Source: Ostrea edulis (taxonomy: Eukaryota). Taken from it: a DNA stretch of 64,000 nucleotides. Shown here in pieces: positions 24,421-34,990 of the stretch; the stretch's first letter is position 1; every line of letters begins with the position of its first letter. The notes beneath the pieces are model-generated. The model was not told where the DNA came from. It worked only from the letters and a program-made list of their open reading frames with translations, and ran no database searches. The stretch is from positions 29,388,001-29,452,000 of the forward strand of contig NC_079172.1 of the NCBI RefSeq assembly GCF_947568905.1, written 5' to 3'. The translations under genes were made by a program, and so were the position numbers.

Positions 24421-26363
24421 TTTAAATTAGGACTTCAGCTTCATGAATTTGTTTTTGTTTTGCGAATATTTTATTTAATTTAATAAATTGCTGATTTTTT
24501 AAAGAGGTTTTGTGATGTGTTAGTAATGGGTTGAATGGTCTGAAATGCACGGCTGCTCCGTATGGGGCAGCCATTAAACTTTTCATTGCCATGCTAATTT
24601 TTTCAGTGAACATAGACATATAAAGAACGGAGAAAATTCCTGTTGGTGGTTTAAAGCAAGTATGCTCAAAGTACGAGTATGTTGATTGTTACCGTTCACG
24701 TGGTAATTGCAAATTTGCATGAGGAAGGCCACATTGTCTTTAATCACAATATTAAGTATAAAAGCTTCTGCTGAAAGTTTCCATATTTGGTAAAAGCCAA
24801 ATTTGTTCTTTATACTTGTGTTCGAAAATGCCTTAAAGGTACATTTTCAGAAATGAATGTCAACCAAGAGCTGATGAAATAACAGACTGAAGATCAGCTA
24901 GGACAGGCAAGCAAATAAGTAAAACAAATGTTGCATAAATGAATATTTAGGGGGAAAAAGGCAGACTACGTATTGCTGTATTTGGCTGTAACGTCATAGC
25001 TTTAAATTTTGAAAAATACTATCGTGTCCTTCCAATTTCTTTGCTATGCTTTCCTAATGAGCAAGTTTCAGATACTTCTCTATGAACGTCAGAAGTCCAA
25101 AGCATGAAGTAAAAGTATCAAAAGGAGTGGTACAGAAATGCAAAACAAAACGAGACCGAAAAGAAATTCTATTGCAAATGATTTCAAGTTATGTAAAAAC
25201 CGGTATGTATGTGAAACATTTCCAGGATAGAAAGTTATCCGAAGCGTGCGCCAAGGTATATACTAAATGAATGCAAGCAAAAAGTGATCCGTGACTAAGA
25301 GGAAAAATTGTAAAGGTATTGTGGTATCTTAAAAAAAAATAATGCTCGGAGAAACCTGAAAAGAAATGTAAGTTGAGCAACTGTCAAAAAAAATAAATGG
25401 TGAATTGATGTGTTGCGAAGAGTTCAAATATAAATAACAGGTCAGTAAATGCACACAAAGGGCGTTCTAAATAAGACAAATGATTTTTAAAGAGAAAGAT
25501 GGACATGGTGATTCAAGTAGCCATGATGCAAGCCCTTATAATGTAAGTTGCGTTTTGTGTACATTGTGAGGTGTAGGAAATGTATTTAAGGAGGATGAAT
25601 TTCGTGATGATGAAAGATTGTGAAGTGTGGTAAAATTTGTATCTTAATTGATTCAATATTAAGGACACATGTTTCGGTTAACTTTCTGTTAGAAATTCAG
25701 GAAAATGTTTTGGCAATAGGATTGCTAATTCAAAATTGGAATGAAAATTGCAGATAATTGGTTTTAACAAGAGTAACTTTCCTGAGTAGAGAAAACTTAG
25801 ATAATGCTTCAATTTTGGGGTGAGGGTGTTAATATTTTAGAGAATTCATCTGGTGTCAAGTGTTGACACTAATTGGAAATTAATTAGCTGGGGGGGGGGG
25901 GGTGTAGGAAAGGGATATGTTTTTATTGTATTCTAGGTGTTCTTAAAAGTGAAGTAAGAAGCTTGGTGATGTGAAACAGATGAAGTGTAAATGTTTAGAA
26001 TGCTAATGAATTGCGGTGACTAAACGCAAGATGCCTAGAAGAGGTGCCCATTACTATTGAAGGTTTACCATGATTTAATTAAGCAGTCGCTGACTTGCTG
26101 TTTCGAACGTGTTATTTTGCCAGAGTGTGGTAAGCAAATCTGAATTGTGCTCTTGAGATAAAAATTTGGGGGGGGGGGGGGGGGGGGGAAAGTTCAATAC
26201 ATAACAAGTCCTTTTCAGGAGTCTTCGTCGAAAAGTTGCTGGAAAAGCGAAAAAAGAAGTGCTCAAGATGTGATGATCATTTGATCCGAGATACGTAATT
26301 ATGTTGGATTAATTTGCTAAACTCTTAGATCTTGAACATGTAATTTCCTCATTTGACTTTAAA

Positions 26364-29300
26364 ATAACAGAAAATAGAATGAAAAATCTACTTAAAAATG
26401 GGAATATATGACATCACTAAAATTGCATTTGTCTTTGAATTTGGGAGAGCAGGTTGAAATGAAGGGGGGAGGGATAGTTTTGATAAATTTTAGTTTCAGT
26501 ATTGTCGGAACTTGCTGTTTTCCAACAAATGAGTGTTGCCATTCACACATCAGAAAGTGGAGTTATTTTAGGAGTGCTCTTGCCTACAAAGTGCATGTAA
26601 TTTAACTGATGGTGGAATTGGAATTTGATTGTCCTAACCGTGAGTGAAGTCCACCCATAGTATAAATTTTTTCCCTTAAATTGTGCAAGGAAATATTTGG
26701 TTGCTTTAAATATCTTGTTTATTAAAAAATATCAATTACTTGAGTGACAATCATTGGATGCATTGGTAGAGAGGGTAGTGCTAATCAGCTTATTTCAGGC
26801 ACATCTGGTCCACAAATGAAGACCAAAACTGAATTCATCCAATGGATAGTAATAGAATCCTTGTCTACATTGACCCATTTAAGTGACCGAAAGTTTGGAA
26901 AGTGACTTGTATGCATAAAGATTGGTATGGTGTTTGCTACTTGTCTAAATGTTCCTTCATATGTCCTTTTTTTATTTAAAATTATTTGTTAAGAAATTTT
27001 ATTGAAGTTGATACTTTTGTAGTTGACTGTTTCTTGTTTGACCACTCTTAAATTTGAAAATTGCATTCGAGGGGGTTGGAGAAATATTTTTGCAGCTCCT
27101 ATACCCCAGCCTACAACCTTGACTATTGAAATCTGATGCTGCTGTAAAACCATGCTTCAAGCTGGTGTGTATGCCCAGTGTTCCTGTCGTGTTTTGGGTC
27201 CAAAAGTAAAAGCATTGAAAGCTTTCTCCCTACCGTTGGTGGTCTGTTTGCTGGTAGGCTATTGTATTTTTTCTCTGTATATGATGATTTTGTAATTCTT
27301 GTATATTTTGCTTCTTTTCATGAGCCCATTTTGAAAATCAGAAATGTATGAATAATTTAACATTATGCATATATTATCAAGAATGATTCAATTTGTAAAC
27401 TGGGGATTTTCAAAATTGTTATCATTTTGAACTTGTTGACATGTATATTTTGCATGGTTGGGGTGGGCGTGTAAAATTTAACGGAGTTGTGTTTCAGATT
27501 TGTAACACTTGAGATTGAACCATGTGCCTGTAAATTGATTTGATTGATGCTTCTACTTCTGGTAAAAAAAACTTTTTATTGTGGTTTATAATTACATTTG
27601 CATCACGAAGTATTTGTTGAACTTCATTAAAAAATATTTTTCAGATATGTTAAGTGCATTATCTCCTTTCCTTTGTTCACTTATCTTTATAAAGATTCAA
27701 ATGTGATAAGTCATGTTGTTTGGGTGTGTGCAAATGCAGTTTTTTAGGCTTCCAGTAGAAAGTGTTTGTTTTTTTTTGACTATACAAGAAAGTTATCCCA
27801 AGAAAGGTATCTGCATTTCTCTTCTGACTTAATGGAACTGCTGCAATTTGAAAAGGCTGCGTAAGTTACCCACTTGTTTCGTTGTTGTTTTTCATTTGTG
27901 AAAACTTAAGATAACAGAAAATAGAATGAAAAATCTACTTTAAAATGGGAATATATGACATCACTAAAATTGTCTTTGAATTTGGGAGAGCAGGTTGAAA
28001 TGAAGTGTGGGGAGGGATAGTTTTGATAAATTTTAGTTTCAGTATTGTCGAAACTTGCTGTTTTCCAACAAACGAGTGTTGCCATTCACACATCAGAAAG
28101 TGGAGTTATTTTAGGAGTCCTCTTGTCTACAAAGTGCATGTAATTTAACTGATGGTGGAATTGGAATTTGATTGTCCTAACCGTGAGTGAAGTCCACCCA
28201 TAGTATAAATTTTATCCCTTAAATTGTGCAAGGAAACATTTGGTTGCTTTAAATATCTTGTTTATTAAAAAATATCAATTACTTGAGTGACAATCATTGG
28301 ATGCATGGGGAGAGGGTAGTGCTAATCGGCTTATTTCAGGCACATCTGGTCCACAAATGAAGACCAAAACTGAATTCATCCAATGGAAAGTAGTAGAATC
28401 CTTGTTTACATTGACCCATTTAAGTGACCGAAAGTTTGGAAAGTGACTTGTATGCATAAAGATTGGTATGGTGTTTGCTACTTGTCTAAATGTACCTTCA
28501 AATGTCCTTTTTTATTTAAAATAATTTATTTGTTAAGAAATATTATTGAGTTGATACTGTTGTAGTTGACTGTTTCTTGTTTGACCACTCTTAAATTTGA
28601 AAATTACATACGAGGGGGTTGGAGAAATATTTTTGCAGCTCCTATATCCCAGCCTACAACCTTGACTATTGAAATCTGATGCTGCTGTAATACCATGCTT
28701 CAAGCTGGTGTGTATGCCCAGTGTTCCTGTCATGTGTTGGGTCCAAAAGTAAAAGCGTTGAAAGCTCTTTCTCCCTACCATTGGTGGTCTGCTTGCTGGT
28801 AGGCTATTGTATTTTTTCTCTGTATATGATGATTTTGTAATTCTTGTATCTTGTATATTTTGCTTCTTTTCATGAGCCCATTTTGAAAATCAGAAATGTA
28901 TGAATAATTTAACATTATGCATATATTATCAAGAATGATTCAATTTGTAAACTGGGGATTTTCAAAATTGTTATCATTTTGAACTTGTTGACATGTATAT
29001 TTTGCATGGTTGGGGTGGGCGTGTAAAATTTAACGGAGTTGTGTTTCAGATTTGTAACGCTTGAGATTGAACCATGTGCCTGTAAATTGATTTGATTGAT
29101 GCTTCTACTTGCTCCTGGTAAAAAAAACCTTTTTATTGTGGTTTATAATTACATTTACATCACAAAGTATTTGTTGAACTTCATTAAAAAATATTTTTCA
29201 GATATGTTAGGTGCATTATCTCCTTTCCTTTGTTCACTTATCTTTTTAAAGATTCAAATGTGATAAGACATGTTGTTTGGGTGTGTGCAAATGCAGTTTT

Positions 29301-29460
29301 TTAGGCTTCCAGTAGAAAGTGTTTTTTTGTGACTATACAAGAAAGTTATCCCAAGAAAGGTATCTGCATTTCTCTTCTGACCTAATGGAACTGCTGCAAT
29401 TTGAAAAGGCTGCGTAAGTTAACCACTTGTTTCGTTGTTGTTTTTCATTTGTGAAAACTT
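26364..29460. repeat. Tandem segmental duplication, 2 x ~1.55 kb, non-coding
   Basis: ATAACAGAAAATAGAATGAAAAATCTACTT starts at 26364 and 27911 (period 1547). The copies are collinear with scattered substitutions and small indels. Confidence 0.95.
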
Positions 29461-30299
29461 CAAAAGTATTTTAGTGATGACTTGTGTGTACACTATATTT
29501 TTGACAATTGATGTTGGAAGTTACATGTTGGGGTGGGAAATGTACAAGTTTTTCAGTATGCCTTGTTGACATCTTTGGATCTTGTCAAGCGACACTTTTG
29601 ATTGCCTTGGTTGCACAGTAGAATATCCTGATTGTGTTGTGTAATCGACTATTGAAGAATTCCGAAAGTATGATAAAAGTGTTGGTAAATGGAATTTTGA
29701 TGCAACGCTCTAGTGTAAGCTGCGCTTTCTTATTTACAAGTTTTAGATGATTCTTTCTCCCCCCAACTGTTTAATGTAGCGTTCAATTGTTCATGTACTA
29801 CTGCATACTATATTATGTAAGATGGAATTAACAGTATTGACCTTTTGACCTGCAAATGAATAAACATGTAGCTAGATCTATAGCTTTTATTATAATTAGA
29901 AGAAATACAATGCATTCTTAACAGTTCTGAAGTATTCGAATTTGTTTCTTTATATATTCACTGGTGTTGTTTCGCATTGATTTAAATTTGCTATACTGTT
30001 CAATACTTGCATGACCTTTTACATGTACATAGTACACTTGATTTTAGCTTAACATGAATGGGGGGAAGGTTTTTGCTAACTTGTTTTGCATTAACAGGTC
30101 GCCACCGACTTCTTTTTCAATTCCTGCTGATTTTTCTAAAGACCCAAACATACAGGTGCTTCGTCTATTCCTGACAACCACCCTGAAATAGCAGTAGTGC
30201 AAGTTTTTGTTTTACAGTTTTCTTTCTAATATTGCTAGCATCACTTCAGCTTAATATCTTCATATGTAGATGTATAAATTGTTGATAAGCACTCTATAA

Positions 30300-33200
30300 C
30301 CTGAGGGAATATTAATTAAGTTTAGGTAGGGCAATTTTGAAGGCTCCTTTTCAGATATGGCATTTTTAATTGGATCCCATGACTGATGAAATCAAATACC
30401 CAAGCACTCAGCAAGCTGCATCTCTAATATGGATTTAACTTGAACGGTATTGACAGCTTTCGTCATTTGAGTATGAAGGGAGGGGTGGGCACTTGAAGAA
30501 GTCTGCCAAGTTTCAGAGTTTGAAGAGTTCATGACTTTTGGTGATCCTTTTTTATGACCAATCTCTTGAAGTGCGACAGTCCTCATGTAGAGGTTTGACC
30601 GAAAATCCTGTATGGCAAGTGTTTTATACAAAATGAGTCTATAATTTTGTTAATTGAGAATCCATTTCTGATTTGAACAATTGTATATATGTCAACATTA
30701 AAGGGGGGGGGGGGGGGGGGGGTAAAATCTTAAACGATATCTGAGTTTTCAGAGTCCAAGTCTTTCCTTCCGGAAAACGGTGAATCCAGCATAAATTCCA
30801 TCTGAAAGCAAATTCTTTGTGCAAGCACAGAAGGGGTCGCCAATTCCCACAATAGGATTCTTGAGTGTTCCAGTTTACATGGAATTTTGTTTGAAGATTG
30901 ACGGTTACCTTCAGGTTTCCAAATCGGCAAGTTACACATTTCCATTTCACAAAAGGATAACTGCTACCTAAAATATACAATAAGGTGATAAGAAATGTGG
31001 ATAAAGGGGGAGGGGGGGACACTTAACTGTGTTCATGAAGTTTCAGATCTAAGGTTTGGCGAGACGTAGAAGAATTCTGCAAAAAAAAGTTAATAGGACC
31101 AGTGAAGTATACCAGTAATGGTTCCTCCAATCTACAGCTTTGAAAAGCCACCAACTCCATCGTGGGACTGTCCCAGATTGATTTTTCAGTGGTATTGTTA
31201 AAAGTTGAGAAAATGACTACAGCAAGAATGAATTTATTTAGGCCATGTGTTTTCCATTTAGAAGATCAATGTACATTATATGTACTGTTGTAATGGGGGG
31301 AGGGGAATATTGTAAATAATTACTGACTTTCAGAGTCCAGCTCAAGACCTTAAACAGTGGAACCACCAGCCCAGAATTCAAACATTACAGCAGCTTTCAA
31401 TTTGAAGGATTCAAATTCTAGATTAGCAGAGATCAAAGAGAAAACCTCAGATAGGATTGTTGAAGTGGAATTTATCAAGAATTTTGCGGAAGAGAAGATA
31501 TTTCCTTAATAGCAGTTTGTCTTCCATAACATTTTCCTGTAGGGATATGTAGAAAAATTGATTTCTTTTCATCCTCGAATGTATTTGCATGCAGTCAACT
31601 GAATTGTATTTGGGGGAGGGGAAAATCAAACCATGCCTCAGTAGTTTCAGAATTTGTGCAAGACCTTGAGATCCTGCAGAAGTTCCTGTGTTGGATAATG
31701 TTGCAAATCCTTAGATCTATAGGATTAATGGAGTACTTTAAATCGATTTTTCCCAAGGACGTGCCAATGAATTTAAGCTTTTCAAGTAAGAGATTCCCGG
31801 TTCTGCATTTTCCATGTCATCAGAATGGTAAAGTGATTGGTTATGTATTAAATGGTGGGAGGGTGAATTTTAACAACTAATGAAGTTTTCAGGGTCCAGC
31901 CCTTTGCAGTACTCGAGTCTTCAAAATAGTGAAAGCAGTCCCAAGTTCCATCAGCTCAGTTTCGAAAGACGGGATTCAGAAGCTTAACTTTTTGCAAGCA
32001 ATTTTGAAAGAAAGCAATTTTTTTAAGAAGAGCATTTAAAACATGAGATATAGGGCAAGTAAAATCTATTGCATCGAGTTAAAGTATTTTATGTAATTGT
32101 AGACCTTTTGGGGGGGAGGGGGGAATCTAATGCATGTCCATTAAGTTTCAGAAATTCAAGCTTGAAACAATCCAAAAGAATTTGGCAAAAGTTTGGACAC
32201 GGACCTGTTGAAAAATTTCAAAGATCTGATCATTGGTGTTCTCCTTGAGTGAATTTTCAGTAGAAAGGATTTTGAACCAATTCCATTTTCTTTCCAATGG
32301 AAGTCGAAGATTGCATGATGTGCTACTTCATAGGGAAAAACTTAAACTTGCAAAGTTTTGTATCCAGCTTTGATTTTAAGATGGGGATTGTATAAGGCTT
32401 GAGGTGACGAATGCTGTCCAAGATTCATGAAAGAATGATCCACATGCAAGTGCACTATTTCCTAACCAGCGTTAAGATGTTTACCATTTGTAGGGAATTT
32501 TGAAAAGAAAGACGGGATTACTGAAGGGCAAGTTATTTTAAGTTAGAAAGGATTTGTTGATGCGCTTCACTTGAACTTTGATTGGGGGGAGGGAACTTGA
32601 TACCCAACATTTCACAAGTTTCAGATTGAAGTTTTGCAAGACCCTATAGGATCCAGCCAAAGTCCTGTGCTGCATATTCAATTTACCAATGAGTGTTCTA
32701 AATCCATTTTCAGTAGGATTCTTGAAAACTTGGAAGATGAATTAAATTGCTGCAAGTAAGAGATTCCCAGTTTTTTCCATGTCATCAGAATTGCAGTGAG
32801 ATTTGTGTTATGGGGGAGGGGGAATCTTACAACTTTTATAAAGTTTTCAGGGTCCAGCTCTTTGCCGTACTTCAAAATAGTGAAAGCAGTCCAAGTTCCA
32901 TCATTAAGCAAAGCAACTGCCAAACGTAATCTCACAACTGAGGGGGAATTTTAAACATGTACATTAGGTGATGCAATTAAGAAATTTCTACAGGTGTGAA
33001 AAATCCAAAGATGGGTCATTGAAGTGCACTGCGGGATCCAGTAAGAAAACTTAAAGACGTGTGATTTTTCAAATAGAAGATTTTCTTTGGTTGTTTTTTT
33101 TACCCGAAGGCAAAAATTGCATGTCGTACAATGGACGGAAAGGAAAATATTTTCATGTATTGTAGAAGTTTAGCCTCATTTTGAAAATGATGAATCCCAT

Positions 33201-34990
33201 CCAAGTTACAGCATTAAAAGCATCTTCCTTAATGCAGAAACACTTTAAAAGAAAATTTAGATCAACAAGAAAACTGCAGTACATTAGGATTGTAGAAGTA
33301 TTTATTTGACCGAGACATTTTAAAAGAAAAATCTAAAGATTGTCAGTGTTTCCATATTAAAAGTTGTCCATGATGCTAGATTTAAGATGCAACACTTCAC
33401 AGGATCTGTATTTTCAGCTTTGATATTGAAACAGGAAACCTTGGACTTTAATCTTGATGTAGGGGGCTTGTGGACCTAACCATGTCTGTCAAGTTTCAGA
33501 ATTTAGGTATGACAGTCAGTAAATAAAGCAGTGTTGAAAGAAAGCCCAGTAGTGGATTTCTGCAGAGCTCAACAGTAAGAAGAACATTTGATGTTGAAGT
33601 AGGGAGTGTTCCATTTTATTTTTCAGAAATGAATGCTTGTCGAGATTCAATTTGTAATGAAGGGGGGAGAGATGTGCTATTTTTACTAAGTTTCAGAATT
33701 TATGCTAGTGCTACCCGAAAACAGAATCCAGTCCAAGTTCCAGCTTGCGCGTCACAACTAAAGCTGATGTTGACATGGAAACTTTTGATGTAGGATTTTT
33801 GAAGGGCTCCAAATTGCAGATTGAAATTTAAAGCATCAAATATTCAATTGGCAAGTTCACTACAATACGTTTCTCAGGTATTTAAATGTAACAATCTTCA
33901 TTGTGTGTGGCGTAGCATAGGAAATAAATAAATTATCTGTAAACTTGAAATTCTGAAGGGGTAGGGGATACCTAACAATGCCTATCAAGTTTCAGAGTTT
34001 ATAGGTTACTGAGGAAGTAAAGAGTCGAGCTCGGGTTGGAGAAAGCAAGTACAGTGCTGTAGACCAGCTGCGATGATCAAATGAAATCATTGGAGAGTTC
34101 CAATTCATAAGATTAGTAGGATTCTTTTCTTTAACTTTTTGAATTGACAGCAAGTTGCCAAATTTTTCATGGAAGTGTAAAGGTGAAAAAAGGGAAAATA
34201 TCAGCTGATACAAATTCTGATGCTAAACATACTGCTTGGGTGTGAAAAATTTATATGTGCTTGGGAGAAGATTGTGCATTAATGTTTCAGATAAGAATTC
34301 CGAGTACCATGATAAATCCCTGCTAATGCAGCTTTGTAAAGAAATGCTGTGTTGCCTCCTTACTAAAGTCCATTTTAAAGAATTTAACGAGAGAAAAAAT
34401 GCCGACCAATATCCTTGCTGGATTTACATTGAGTGAATGATGGTAGTAAATTTTACTTGCAGAAAGATATGTATCTAAAAGCATACACATCATAAAGAAT
34501 TTTGATATTGCTATTGCATATTGTTGCCATTTGAAGATTAAAGTTTTTGCAGGGTATACATTCAATTTTGAAGAGTAAATATGAAAATCGACGTGGATTG
34601 TTGTCCAAAAACCTGTTTGCTTCCTTGCAGGTTTTCATTGGATTAATTCTTTGGAGAAATTTCTTTTATAAAATGGATTTCTATAGGATTGCTGAATTTG
34701 GATAAGATTCGTGGATGCCAGTGTTGTGCCATTGTGTAATGAAATCGAGTAGGAACTACTACTTGCTATGCAAATAAACATCTTCAACATGAAAATTCCA
34801 TCAATAGAGAATCTATGCAGTTTTGCCAGAATGAATAGGCATTGGAAGGGGGGGGGTAATATCTGCAGTATTTTCAGGAAAACTGGTAGAAGAAAAAAAA
34901 TTCTTGATTTGAAGAAGGGCCGTTTTTCTTGAATCATCAAAGGAGTAAACCATGCAATAATCCATCCAGTAAGAAAATCACCCATCTTAA
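30300..34990 (+). other. Array of ~14-16 diverged ~200-320 bp units with conserved splice-like and pairing motifs (candidate multi-exon lncRNA)
   Basis: G-run + ~20-30 nt + TTTCAG (often AAGTTTCAG) ending at 30516, 30752, 31046, 31333, 31650, 31892, 32151, 32624, 32850, 33499, 33696, 33995, 34290 and 34877. ATCC, TAGGATT and GCAAGT recur in the same order. No consistent reading frame. Confidence 0.6.

Noticed and set aside
24870-24902. Box C/D-like TGATGA...CTGA within AGCTGAT/ATCAGCT
   Set aside because: Only 9 nt separate the boxes, which is too short for a snoRNA.
30300-34990. Protein-coding alternative exon array
   Set aside because: Putative exons have stops in different frames, and the two alignable units differ by frame-breaking indels.
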